NCBI GenBank assembly: GCA_027078475.1 | Contig: JALWYH010000029.1 | Location: 10,808-74,807 of the forward strand | DNA: 64,000 bases | Reading direction: 5' to 3' | Origin: Thermoproteota archaeon | GTDB taxonomy: Archaea > Korarchaeota > Korarchaeia > Korarchaeales > Korarchaeaceae | In this document: one piece after another, positions 18,569 to 27,336 of the stretch | Layout: each line of letters opens with the position of its first letter | How positions within the stretch are numbered: position 1 is the first letter of the stretch | Program-made: the position numbers and the translations under genes | The notes under the pieces: model-generated | What the model was told of the DNA's origin: nothing | What the model saw: only the letters and a program-made list of their open reading frames with translations | Databases searched by the model: none

Positions 18569-19663
18569 TTGGGAGTGGAGTTTCCGGAGCGACTCGTGAG
18601 GGATCTGGGAAGGTGCATAGGCTGCGGGGCCTGCAACATTCCCTGTCCCATGTTTCACGTGGAAGACCTCAGAGAGACGGAAGGTCCGAGGGCCAGAGTG
18701 AAGCTCCTCTATATGCTCAGTCAGGGTAAGATGGAGCTCACTGAGGAGTTCCTCAGCTATATATTCACATGCATGAACTGCGGTCTCTGCAGTGATTTTT
18801 GCCCTGTTGGGATAGACGTCTTCGATGCCATAGTCGGTTCCAGGTCTGCCCTCATAGACATGGGCTACGTGCCCTTGGTCACAGTTGACATGAGGGATGT
18901 GAGGAGGAGAACAGGTAGCCCCATTGGAGATAAGGTGACCAAGGGGGTCTGGCTCCCCCCCGATTATCAGCCTCAAAAGGGAGCTGAGCTTCTTTTCTTC
19001 GGTGGATGCTGGATGCATGCAGTACCTGAGGTGGCTCTGGCCACTAACAGGCTCCTGAAGAGGATCACAAGAAAGGTAGTCCCCGCAGGGACTGGAGAGC
19101 CTTGCTGCGGGGGACTCGTACATGTAATCGGAGAGAGGGATAGCTCCGAAGAATCCAGAGAGGAGCTGAAGAAGTTCCTCAGCGAACTCTCTCCAAAGAG
19201 CGTCGTATCCGGATGCTCGCTTTGTGCGAATATGTTCAAGGACCTAGGTATGAAGGACGTAGCCTCAGTGATCGAGCAAGCCCTTAAGGACGGTAAGATA
19301 AGGACCAAGTCTATTAAGGGAAAGAAGAATAGGATTTTCCTCGTCCCTACCTGCAGGGGTGATGGAGCCTCTAGAAGGGTATTGAACGAGATCGAGAATG
19401 CTAGGGTGCTGGAGGTCCCCGAGTGGGTGTGCTGTGACTGCGGCGCTACCCTGATCCATCAAGCGGAGCCCGAAAAGTTCGACGATTGGCTAAGCAAGCT
19501 CGTGGACGCGGCAAGCGATGCGGACGCGGATTACATAGTAATTGAGGAGGTGGCCTGCTATTCCATGATATACGAGGCCTTGGAGGGGAGGAACAAGGTC
19601 AGGGGTATGAAGATAATCTCGCTCCCGTCGTTTCTCCTAGATTACATCTCCTCCTCTTCATGA
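18569..19663 (+). CDS. Fe-S oxidoreductase with CCG domains (GlcF/HdrD-like), partner of the preceding FAD oxidase
   Basis: Two 4Fe-4S motifs (CIGCGACNIPCP, CMNCGLCSDFCP) and a CCG block GEPCCGG. Adjacent to the GlcD-like gene. Confidence 0.65.
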   Translation: MGVEFPERLVRDLGRCIGCGACNIPCPMFHVEDLRETEGPRARVKLLYMLSQGKMELTEEFLSYIFTCMNCGLCSDFCPVGIDVFDAIVGSRSALIDMGYVPLVTVDMRDVRRRTGSPIGDKVTKGVWLPPDYQPQKGAELLFFGGCWMHAVPEVALATNRLLKRITRKVVPAGTGEPCCGGLVHVIGERDSSEESREELKKFLSELSPKSVVSGCSLCANMFKDLGMKDVASVIEQALKDGKIRTKSIKGKKNRIFLVPTCRGDGASRRVLNEIENARVLEVPEWVCCDCGATLIHQAEPEKFDDWLSKLVDAASDADADYIVIEEVACYSMIYEALEGRNKVRGMKIISLPSFLLDYISSSS

Positions 19664-19666
19664 AAG

Positions 19667-21043
19667 CTAGTCCTTGATCGTCACCAAGGAGTTGTCTAGA
19701 ATGCTGTAAGGCCTACCCACTGAAATATACAGGAAACCTGCCTCCTCTGCCTCTTCCGGATCGAAGAGAAGTCGTCCATCGAAGAGTATGACCGGACCGT
19801 CCTTTCCCACAGCCCTCCTCAGTTTCTTCAGATCCAGCATCTTGAACTCGGAGTGATCGGCCGTGAAGGCCAGCACATCAGCCCCCCTCACTGCTTCTAG
19901 GAAATCAGATATCCTCTCTCCTCCGAAGGAGGAGTCTATAAGTGGATCATACGTCCTGACGGTATGGCCTCTTTTGACGAGCTCCTTGACCAAGGGCTCT
20001 ACTGGCGATTCCCTTGGGTCCGGCACATCGCCCTTGTAAGTGAGACCCAATACCGCTATAGTTCCCCTTCCTCCCCTGAGTCTCCTTACCAGTTCGTCCA
20101 AGACCTCGGCGTAATGGTAGGGCATCCCGGAGTTTATCCTCCTGGACTCCCTTATCAAGTTGGGAGTGTAACCTCTCTCCCTCGATATCCAGTAGAGGAA
20201 CCACGGGTCCTTGGTGAGACAGCTGCCCCCAACCCCTATACCGGGGATAAGCATGTTCACCCTCGGATGCTTGTTAGCCAGCTCCCTGACCCTCCTGACA
20301 TCCACCCCTAAAGTCTCGCACATCCTAGCTATCTCATTGGCGAAGGCTATGTTCACGTCCCTGAAGGAATTCTCTACGAGTTTGACCATTTCAGCAGTGA
20401 GTGGGTCTACTATCTCTATGTTCCCCTCCACGAAGGACTCATAGAGTATCTTGGCCAGCCTTCCGGATCTCTCATCAGCTGCTCCTATTATCCTAAAGTT
20501 CTGGGTGAGTTCTTGGATCAGCTTCCCCGGCAAGGCTCTCTCGGGGCAGTAAGCAAGGTATATGTCCGTGCCGACCCTCATCCCTCTACTCTCCACTAGT
20601 GGAAGGATCAGATCTTGGAATGCTCTAGGTGGTAGAGTGCTCTCTATTACCACGAGTCCGCCCCTCCTGACCACACCTAGGGCGGTCTCCAAAGCCGATA
20701 TGAGCATGCCCAAGTCCGGCCCATTCCTACCCTTTGGTGTTGGGACGGCTATCAGCACGACGTCCGATCCGTATAGATCATCTAAGTCGTTTGTGGGAAA
20801 GTAGTTGCGTCCCTTCAGGTCTCTTAGCAGCTCGGGTATTCCCTTCTCCTCCTCCAGCTTGGTACTTCCCTTCGAGAGATCCCTTATCAACTCTTCATTC
20901 ACATCGAATCCATAGACTGTGAATCCGGCCCTCGCGATCAGCAGTGACGTGGGTAGGCCTATGTATCCCTGGCCTAGGACGGAAACCTTGGCTTCCCTTG
21001 CCTTTATTGCGGTTTCTAAGTCCTCATAGAGCATCCTCTTCAT
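19667..21043 (-). CDS. Nucleotide-sugar dehydrogenase (UDP-glucose/GDP-mannose dehydrogenase family)
   Basis: N-term Rossmann VSVLGQGYIGLPTSLL; catalytic Cys region GVGGSCLTKD; 458 aa. Confidence 0.75.
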   Translation of the reverse strand: MKRMLYEDLETAIKAREAKVSVLGQGYIGLPTSLLIARAGFTVYGFDVNEELIRDLSKGSTKLEEEKGIPELLRDLKGRNYFPTNDLDDLYGSDVVLIAVPTPKGRNGPDLGMLISALETALGVVRRGGLVVIESTLPPRAFQDLILPLVESRGMRVGTDIYLAYCPERALPGKLIQELTQNFRIIGAADERSGRLAKILYESFVEGNIEIVDPLTAEMVKLVENSFRDVNIAFANEIARMCETLGVDVRRVRELANKHPRVNMLIPGIGVGGSCLTKDPWFLYWISRERGYTPNLIRESRRINSGMPYHYAEVLDELVRRLRGGRGTIAVLGLTYKGDVPDPRESPVEPLVKELVKRGHTVRTYDPLIDSSFGGERISDFLEAVRGADVLAFTADHSEFKMLDLKKLRRAVGKDGPVILFDGRLLFDPEEAEEAGFLYISVGRPYSILDNSLVTIKD

Positions 21044-21138
21044 TTTCCCTCAATGAATGACCTAGGCTCGGGCTCAAAAAGGATAGCTATGAAAAGGTTG
21101 AAATCGAGCGAAAAAGATCTCATCTAGGGATTACAGAA

Positions 21139-21342
21139 TCAGACAAGTGTCCCTTCTCTCTCTCGGACCTTCAGTCTCGTTATATAGCCTGCTATCCTGT
21201 TCCTATATATCTTGGATTTTATCTCGGCAATCTGAGATAGTACCATCTTGTTGTGCTCGAAGTCTTCGGTCCATAGATCGGGGTATTGCTTGACGAGCTT
21301 GTAAGCCGTCCTCTTGATCACCTTCTCTCTTACGGTGCCCAT
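21139..21342 (-). CDS. rps17e: Ribosomal protein eS17
   Basis: MGTVREKVIKRTAYKLVKQYPDLWTEDFEHNK...RNRIAGYIT matches archaeal S17e. Start at the internal ATG. Confidence 0.7.
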   Translation of the reverse strand: MGTVREKVIKRTAYKLVKQYPDLWTEDFEHNKMVLSQIAEIKSKIYRNRIAGYITRLKVREREGTLV

Positions 21343-21400
21343 GCTTATCCTCAGGGAGGGAATCGGTACCACCAGTTATTAATCTTTCACTCCACAGGCG

Positions 21401-21420
21401 ATCTATATAATCATATAATC
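21401..21420 (+). promoter_or_regulatory. Tandem TATA-like boxes (atctatataatcatataatc) preceding the GC-rich structured element
   Basis: A/T-rich box ~20-30 nt upstream of 21421 in an otherwise GC-rich gap. dnaG has its own TATA at 21629-21636. Confidence 0.4.
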
Positions 21421-21645
21421 GGGCCATGAGCCCTAGTAGCTTCCACGTGTGAGGCGGGATCGAGAGTCGCCCCTCCCCATTACAGGATGTATCCCTCTTG
21501 TCGACCCAATCGGACCGAAGAGATTATATCTGCGGCAAGTGTCGTATATCAACCGCCCGCCACTGCATGACCCCGTGGGTAGGGAGGAAAGCGTGGGCTG
21601 ACCCATGACCCGCGGGGACTAGTTGGCGGGCGGACACCGTATATT
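21421..21645 (+). ncRNA. Candidate structured ncRNA (RNase P RNA CR-I-like motif GGGAGGAAAGCGUGGGCUG); identity unresolved
   Basis: No ORF. GC-rich with nested helices: 9-bp 21553-61/21625-33, 10-bp 21571-80/21608-17, 6-bp hairpin with a CUGA loop. Own TATA. See finding. Confidence 0.3.
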
Positions 21646-21652
21646 TGGGAGG

Positions 21653-22879
21653 ATGGTTATATTGGCAGATAATTCGAGGAGGGATGCTTTCCATCATAAG
21701 TATATCGCGAAGCTGGAGGTTGTGGTGAACGGAGTTGTGGAAACGAGCGATGTTATAGGTGCAATTTTCGGCCAACTGGAGGGATTGCTCGGTCCAGAGC
21801 TTGAGCTAAAGGAGCTGCAGAGGACAGGAAAGATAGGAAGGATCAATATAAGGATGAGAAGGGAGGGAGATAGGTCCAGAGGAATTGTTGAGCTGTACTC
21901 CGGGCTGGATAAGGTCAGAACAGCTCTCCTGGCCGCAGCTATGGAAACCGTAGATAAAGTGGGCCCCTATCCGGCCAGATTTAAGTTAATCAGGATAATC
22001 GATGATAGAGAGGAGAGGAGAAGCGAAATAGCCAAGAGAGCAGCGGAGATCCTCAAGAAGTGGTCCGTGGAGAGGGAGGATAGCTTCAGGAAACTTGTTG
22101 AGTTTGTGCAGAGAGAGAGCGCCAAGTCTAACTTCATACTCTATGGGGATGAGGAGCTGCCCGCCGCTAGGGGAGTTGAGGAGGCTGAGGAGATAATAGT
22201 TGTTGAAGGGAGGGCAGATGTAATGAACCTCCTTAAGTACGGATATGACAACGTGATAGCAATGGGGGGGGCTGTCGAGAAGGTCCCTAAGTCCTTGGTC
22301 AAGCTCATATCCGAGAAGGAGGCCATAGCATTCGTCGATGGCGACAGAGGAGGTGAGATGGTCCTGAGGACTCTGCTGGAGCAGACCGACATCGACTATG
22401 TTGCAAGGGCGCCTGAGGGAAAGGTAGTGGAGGAGCTGACGGCCAAAGAGATAAGAAGGGCTTTATCGTCGGCCGTACCGGCGGATGAGGTGAGGAGGGA
22501 GCTGGGGATATCTCCACCACAAGAGAGGAGGGTTTTATCCACCAGGCCACAGGCATCCTCTCAGAGGCACGAGAGGGGATCTGATGAGTCCCTACTAAGG
22601 ATACCGGAGATGTTCAGAGAGCACTACGCTAGGGTTAAGGGGACGGATAGGGTACTCCTACTCGATGATAATCTCTCCCTGATAAGGGAGGTATCCACAT
22701 CCGATCTGCTGAATTCCCTGTCCGAAGTAAGCGGCGTCAGATATGTGATTTACGACAGGATAGTAACTCAGAGGATAGTGGACAGGGCGTACGAGGTGGG
22801 AGTAAGGGCCATAGTGGGAGGCGTGGCCAGGGACATCGTCAGGAGACCCTCTGGCATGGCCATATACACCGCCCAGTAG
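21653..22879 (+). CDS. dnaG: Archaeal DnaG primase (Toprim domain)
   Basis: HHKYIAKLEVVVNGVVETSDVIGAIFGQLEGLLG is the conserved archaeal DnaG N-block. Toprim region VVEGRADV / DGDRGG. TATA gtatattt at 21629-21636. Confidence 0.8.
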   Translation: MVILADNSRRDAFHHKYIAKLEVVVNGVVETSDVIGAIFGQLEGLLGPELELKELQRTGKIGRINIRMRREGDRSRGIVELYSGLDKVRTALLAAAMETVDKVGPYPARFKLIRIIDDREERRSEIAKRAAEILKKWSVEREDSFRKLVEFVQRESAKSNFILYGDEELPAARGVEEAEEIIVVEGRADVMNLLKYGYDNVIAMGGAVEKVPKSLVKLISEKEAIAFVDGDRGGEMVLRTLLEQTDIDYVARAPEGKVVEELTAKEIRRALSSAVPADEVRRELGISPPQERRVLSTRPQASSQRHERGSDESLLRIPEMFREHYARVKGTDRVLLLDDNLSLIREVSTSDLLNSLSEVSGVRYVIYDRIVTQRIVDRAYEVGVRAIVGGVARDIVRRPSGMAIYTAQ

Positions 22880-22888
22880 GTGGCCCGG

Positions 22889-23962
22889 TTGAAGATCTTG
22901 GAGAAGGACCTAAAGAGAGGGTCCATCAAGCTAAGAGTGGATAATCTAGATGATCTCTACTGGCTATCATCGATTATAGAGCCCGGAGATCTAGTCACCA
23001 TGAGGACCACTAGGAGGGTCAAGCAGGACGGAATAAGAGCTGATAGCGGGGAGAGAGTCCCCATGACCCTCACCCTAGAGGTGGAGAAGGTGAAGGTAGA
23101 TCAGTACTCAGCTAGGCTGAGGATAACGGGCATAGTGAGAGTGGGGCCCGAGAAATTCGGTATTCAGGGTCAGCACCACACCCTGAACGTTACCGAGGGA
23201 TCGGTCCTAAGGATAGTTAAGAGGAAGTGGAGCAGATCGCACTTAGACATATTGAGGAGGGCGGAGGAATCTTCAAGTAAGGGGAGTGTAATCTTGGTGG
23301 CCATGGACGATGATGGAGCTACCATAGCGAAGGCGAATGCATATAGGGCTGAGGAGATCGCGTTCGTCAGGTCGAATCTCCCCTCTAAGAGGGGAGAGCT
23401 CAGAGGGAGGGAGGATGCAGAAAGGAGATATTACGCTGAGCTATCATCTCTCTTGGAGGAGGTGAACTCGAGGGTCAAGCCTCGAGCTATAATCGTCGGG
23501 GGCCCAGGATACGCCAAGGAGAAGTTCACATCCTACGTCAAGGAGAGGAAACCGGAGCTGGGAAGAAAGCTAAGGGAAGGAGGGGCCACCAGTTCCACCT
23601 TCTCCGGTGTGTTAGAGATGATAAAGAGGGGAGATGTGGACAGGGTGGTCAAGGAGCTCACCTTGGCTAATGATATGAGAGAGGTAGACGAGATATTCCA
23701 GCTGCTTGCTAGGGAATCGAGGCTGGTCACCTACGGTTTGAGGGAGGTCATGAGAGCGGTCCAGTTCGGGGCAGCGGAGACCGTCCTAGTGGTGAGTTCC
23801 CTGCTGTTCAGCCCGGAAACGAGGGATGATGTTATGAGAATACTCGAGATGTGTGAGGATACTGGGGCCGAGTTCCACATAGTTGACTCGAGGAGTGAGC
23901 CGGGTGAGAAGCTCTTGTCCCTCGGGGGAATCGCCGCCAAGCTCAGGTATCAGATCGAGTGA
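22889..23962 (+). CDS. Pelota / Dom34 (aRF1-like mRNA surveillance factor)
   Basis: Reading TTG 22889 gives [15 protein letters not shown]...[16 protein letters not shown], the classic Pelota N-terminus. A GTG at 22880 abuts the dnaG stop. eRF1 domains 2/3 follow. Confidence 0.8.
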   Translation: MKILEKDLKRGSIKLRVDNLDDLYWLSSIIEPGDLVTMRTTRRVKQDGIRADSGERVPMTLTLEVEKVKVDQYSARLRITGIVRVGPEKFGIQGQHHTLNVTEGSVLRIVKRKWSRSHLDILRRAEESSSKGSVILVAMDDDGATIAKANAYRAEEIAFVRSNLPSKRGELRGREDAERRYYAELSSLLEEVNSRVKPRAIIVGGPGYAKEKFTSYVKERKPELGRKLREGGATSSTFSGVLEMIKRGDVDRVVKELTLANDMREVDEIFQLLARESRLVTYGLREVMRAVQFGAAETVLVVSSLLFSPETRDDVMRILEMCEDTGAEFHIVDSRSEPGEKLLSLGGIAAKLRYQIE

Positions 23963-23970
23963 GGATCGAA

Positions 23971-24675
23971 TCACATCCCCTCCTCTGCCAACCTGGATCT
24001 GAATCCCTTTTTCACCCTCTTCAATCTGGCTACTGCCTCTTCGAAGCTCTCACCGAGCACGAGGCGGTAGTTCAGGTAAAGCCCAGTGGATCCGATGACC
24101 TTCCTTTTGGTCAGCACTCTGACCCTCTCCTCTACAACATCCCTGTCAACCCCTAAGATCCTCGCCACCGCTCCCTCGTATCCGACCACACGGTATTCCC
24201 TGTGCCCCGTTGCCGTCGGGAATATGAGCTTGAGCTCCTTGCTGACTCCAGGGATCCTCCTTCCCGCCTCGATCTCCTCCAATCCAGCCATCCCTCCAAA
24301 TCTGTAGAAGTCCTCTTCCCTCTTCCTGAGGGGACAGATTGGCAAGGAGATGGTGGTGTTGAGATCAAAGTGGATATAGAATTTGGGAGTGCTCCTAGGG
24401 GTGGCCTGAACTATTTCCCTGTAGATGGGATCCCCCAGCCGATCGGACAGCAACCCCTCCAGCAGGGATGGTGGGATGCCGTAGCGGAGTACCACCACAT
24501 CGACGTCGCTGGATTCCCTGACGTCACCCCTGGCAACGCTTCCGTAAACTTGGGCCCTGATTCCGGCCTCGCTGAGTATTTTCAGCACGAGATGAGCCCT
24601 TCTCCTCTTTGCGAAGAGGATTCTCCACCTCTCTGGAGGGTAGATTATCTCGGCCTCTGGCTTTATATCAACCAA
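23971..24675 (-). CDS. Pol-beta-superfamily nucleotidyltransferase domain protein (~234 aa)
   Basis: NTase signature GSVARGDVRESSDVDVVVL near the N-terminus plus a ~150-aa C-terminal domain. Probable TTG start at 24675 with TATA ctatttttag (minus) at 24711-24720. The ORF-track start at 24759 lacks a promoter. Confidence 0.5.
   Translation of the reverse strand: MVDIKPEAEIIYPPERWRILFAKRRRAHLVLKILSEAGIRAQVYGSVARGDVRESSDVDVVVLRYGIPPSLLEGLLSDRLGDPIYREIVQATPRSTPKFYIHFDLNTTISLPICPLRKREEDFYRFGGMAGLEEIEAGRRIPGVSKELKLIFPTATGHREYRVVGYEGAVARILGVDRDVVEERVRVLTKRKVIGSTGLYLNYRLVLGESFEEAVARLKRVKKGFRSRLAEEGM
24663..24669 (+). promoter_or_regulatory. TATA box (tttatat) for the leaderless pseudo-TtuA gene
   Basis: 23-29 nt upstream of ATG 24692. 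Confidence 0.35.
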
Positions 24676-24691
24676 CCATTCACCTTGCCTG

Positions 24692-25363
24692 ATGCCCCAG
24701 CCCAGCCTCCCTAAAAATAGACTTAAGTGCAGCCGGTGCGGGTCCGAGGATGTTGTCATCGTCAGGCGTTATTCGGGTGAGGCGCTCTGCCGCAGGTGCC
24801 TCAGGGAATCCCTATTGGGCAGGATCAGGAGAACTGTGAGCAGGTACGGCCTGCTGGAAAGGAAAGACAGGATTATTTTCCTCAAATCTGGATTACCTAG
24901 GGATTTGCTCCTCCTAGATCTATTCAAGGAAATTGAATCGAAGTTCCCTGTAACAATATCAGTGGAGAGACTCCCCCCCTCAAGCGGACTATGGGATGGG
25001 ATCCTCACCTTCCTGAAACATGCAAGAGTTGGGGATGCCAAGTTAGTCCTGCCCCTAGTCCTCGATGACGCCGTGGCTCTCCTGTTGAGATTCATTCTAA
25101 GGGGGACTCCTGACATCCTACTCATCAAGGGGAGGGTGTTCGTCGGGCTGAGGCATGTCGATGGAGCGATATCCCCTTTCGTTGAGATACCCCTGGAGGA
25201 GCTCCTTGCCCTAGGCGAGAGCGAGCCTGAATTGAGGACATCCAATCCCTACCTAGTACTGGTTCAGAGGCTCGAGGCTGTGAATCCGGGGATGAGATTT
25301 AACGTGCTCAGGATATCTGAGAGGGAAGACTTCCTCAGATCCATCGGCATAGTTTTTAGATAG
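24692..25363 (+). CDS. TtuA/NcsA-like protein with degenerate PP-loop (pseudo-enzyme paralogue)
   Basis: N-terminal zinc ribbon CSRCGSEDVVIV...LCRRCL. The SGGKDS position reads KSGLPRD. HNLDD-like block LVLDDAVALLLRFILRG is retained. No Fe-S Cys ligands and no C-terminal zinc ribbon. Confidence 0.5.
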   Translation: MPQPSLPKNRLKCSRCGSEDVVIVRRYSGEALCRRCLRESLLGRIRRTVSRYGLLERKDRIIFLKSGLPRDLLLLDLFKEIESKFPVTISVERLPPSSGLWDGILTFLKHARVGDAKLVLPLVLDDAVALLLRFILRGTPDILLIKGRVFVGLRHVDGAISPFVEIPLEELLALGESEPELRTSNPYLVLVQRLEAVNPGMRFNVLRISEREDFLRSIGIVFR

Positions 25364-25402
25364 GGACTGGCCCTGAAGGTTGAGCCGGGCGAGGCGGGGA
25401 TC

Positions 25403-26839
25403 ATGTCGGAAAGAGAAGCGTTCGAGCTTACCCCCAAGGAAGAGAACTTCTCCAGATGGTTCGATGAGGTTCTCTTCAAGGCGGAGATACTGGATGAGAG
25501 ATATCCAGTGAAGGGAATGTATGTATGGCTCCCTTTCGGCTACGAGTTGATGGAAAACGTTATGAACGTCATGGAGCGTCTCATGAGACAAACGGGACAT
25601 CGCAGGGTTTACTTCCCCGGAGTGGTGCCGGAGAGAGTTCTCAGCAGGGAATTTAGGTTCATCAAGGGATTTGAGGACTCAATATACTGGATAACTCGGC
25701 TTGGTAAACAGGAGATAAAGGAAAAGTTAGCTCTGAGGCCAACCAGTGAGGCTATAATGTATGAGGTCCTGAACAGGTGGATAGCCAGCTACAAGGACCT
25801 ACCTCTGAAGATCTACCAGATAGTCCCCGTCTACAGGTACGAGACCAAGGCCACCAGGCCCATGCTAAGGGTGAGGGAGATAGTGTTCTTCAAGGAGGGA
25901 CACACCTTCCACGCCACTTATGATGATGCTGTCGAACAGGTGGAGCTGGAGGTCTGGATCTACAGGAAGTTCTACGATGAGCTTCTGGTCCCCTACGTGG
26001 TGGTCAAGACTACCTCGTGGGACACCTTCCCCGGGGCCAAGTACAACTACGATCTGATCACGATAATGCCAGACGGGAAGGCCCTAGAACTCGGAAGCGC
26101 CATAAACTTCGGGGATCTGTTCGCTAGGACATACGGGCTTGAGTACATGGACGAGAACGGTGAGAGGAAGAACGTCAACACGACTTCCTTCGGGATATCC
26201 GAAAGGTCCCTGGCGGCGCTGATAGCAATACACGGGGATAACAGAGGTCTTAAGCTGCCGCCCAAGCTGGCGCCAATTCAAGTGGTCATAGTACCGATAC
26301 CCAGCAAGGGATACGAGGAGAAAGTCCTCGAGTACGCCAAGCAGGTCAAGGAGATGCTGAGTGATTTCAGGGTCCAGCTAGACGATGGTGAGGAGAGACC
26401 CGGATACAAGTTCTACAAGTGGGAGATGAAGGGCGTCCCAGTCAGGGTCGAGATAGGGAGGAAGGAATACGAGAGCAGGACCCTCACCCTCTTCAGGAGG
26501 GATAGGATGGAGAGGGATGAGGTTCCCCTAGAGGGCATAAAGGACAGAGTGAAATCTCTCTTCACGGAGATAGAGGAGGAAATGAGGGAGCAGGCTAGGA
26601 GGTACTTCAAAGAGAGGACCGTGAAGGCCAGCACCCTAGAGGAAATAAAGAAGGGTGTGGGAGAGAAGATAGTCTCGTTTCCATGGTGCGGCATGGAGGA
26701 GTGCGGCCACGAGGTGGAGGAGGAAGTGGGATACGGCATACTGGGCTATGAGGAGGGCGCCCTCGAGGGGACTGGGGAGCGCTGTGTCATATGCGGGAGA
26801 GAAGCCAAGCACAGGGCTTGGATAGGGAGATCGTATTGA
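25403..26839 (+). CDS. proS: Prolyl-tRNA synthetase (archaeal/eukaryotic type)
   Basis: Class II motifs, anticodon-binding domain and the archaeal-type C-terminal zinc domain (CGMEECGHE...CVICGRE). Confidence 0.85.
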   Translation: MSEREAFELTPKEENFSRWFDEVLFKAEILDERYPVKGMYVWLPFGYELMENVMNVMERLMRQTGHRRVYFPGVVPERVLSREFRFIKGFEDSIYWITRLGKQEIKEKLALRPTSEAIMYEVLNRWIASYKDLPLKIYQIVPVYRYETKATRPMLRVREIVFFKEGHTFHATYDDAVEQVELEVWIYRKFYDELLVPYVVVKTTSWDTFPGAKYNYDLITIMPDGKALELGSAINFGDLFARTYGLEYMDENGERKNVNTTSFGISERSLAALIAIHGDNRGLKLPPKLAPIQVVIVPIPSKGYEEKVLEYAKQVKEMLSDFRVQLDDGEERPGYKFYKWEMKGVPVRVEIGRKEYESRTLTLFRRDRMERDEVPLEGIKDRVKSLFTEIEEEMREQARRYFKERTVKASTLEEIKKGVGEKIVSFPWCGMEECGHEVEEEVGYGILGYEEGALEGTGERCVICGREAKHRAWIGRSY

Positions 26840-26975
26840 TACTGAGATCCTCCAGTCTCTATCCCTCCCTTATCTGACCTGTTTCCGATGGTGGAAGGAC
26901 CTCATCTGGACGTGCGATCCTACCCTGAAGGAAAGGTTTATTTTCACGGAGTTCCCGAGTGAGCCGGGGAAATGT

Positions 26976-27317
26976 ATGCCAAAGAAGAGGAGAAACAGGG
27001 GTAGGAAATTGGGTGGTTCGGGTCACGAGAGGATAGTGCAGTGTTACCAGTGCGGCCGGGCGGTCCCCGCCGATAAGGCCGTTAAGGTGACCAGATGGGT
27101 GTCTCCTGTGGGCGGCAGCCTAGGTAAGGATTTGGAGAGGCAAGGGGCCTACATCTCCAAGAGGCTCGAGACCAGATACTACTGTATAAGCTGTGCCGTC
27201 TACTTGGGAATAGTAAGGCCTAGGTCTGAGGATGAGAGGAAGGTATCTGTACCTCTGAATAGGCCCTACAGGAAGAGAGGATCCTCCAAGCTCCCTCTGA
27301 AGTTCCTGAAGGTTTGA
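26976..27317 (+). CDS. rps26e: Ribosomal protein eS26
   Basis: MPKKRRNRGRKLGGSGHERIVQCYQCGRAVPADKAVK...YYCISCAVY matches S26e including the Zn ribbon. Confidence 0.75.
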   Translation: MPKKRRNRGRKLGGSGHERIVQCYQCGRAVPADKAVKVTRWVSPVGGSLGKDLERQGAYISKRLETRYYCISCAVYLGIVRPRSEDERKVSVPLNRPYRKRGSSKLPLKFLKV

Positions 27318-27336
27318 GTTCGACTGTGAGCGGGGG

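Noticed and set aside
17341-19123. Several 90-236-aa minus-strand ORFs antisense to the GlcD/GlcF-like genes
   Set aside because: Pro/Ser-rich antisense artefacts; the sense strand carries FAD and CCG domains.
21203-21427. 74-aa minus-strand ORF overlapping rps17e in another frame
   Set aside because: The alternative frame of the same region encodes a clear S17e.
21421-21645. Interpreting the structured element as a classical H/ACA sRNA
   Set aside because: The hairpin with an internal-loop pocket followed by ACA is suggestive. But the upper stem lacks a recognisable K-turn or K-loop (no tandem sheared G.A pairs opposite the bulge), so this is left open rather than called.
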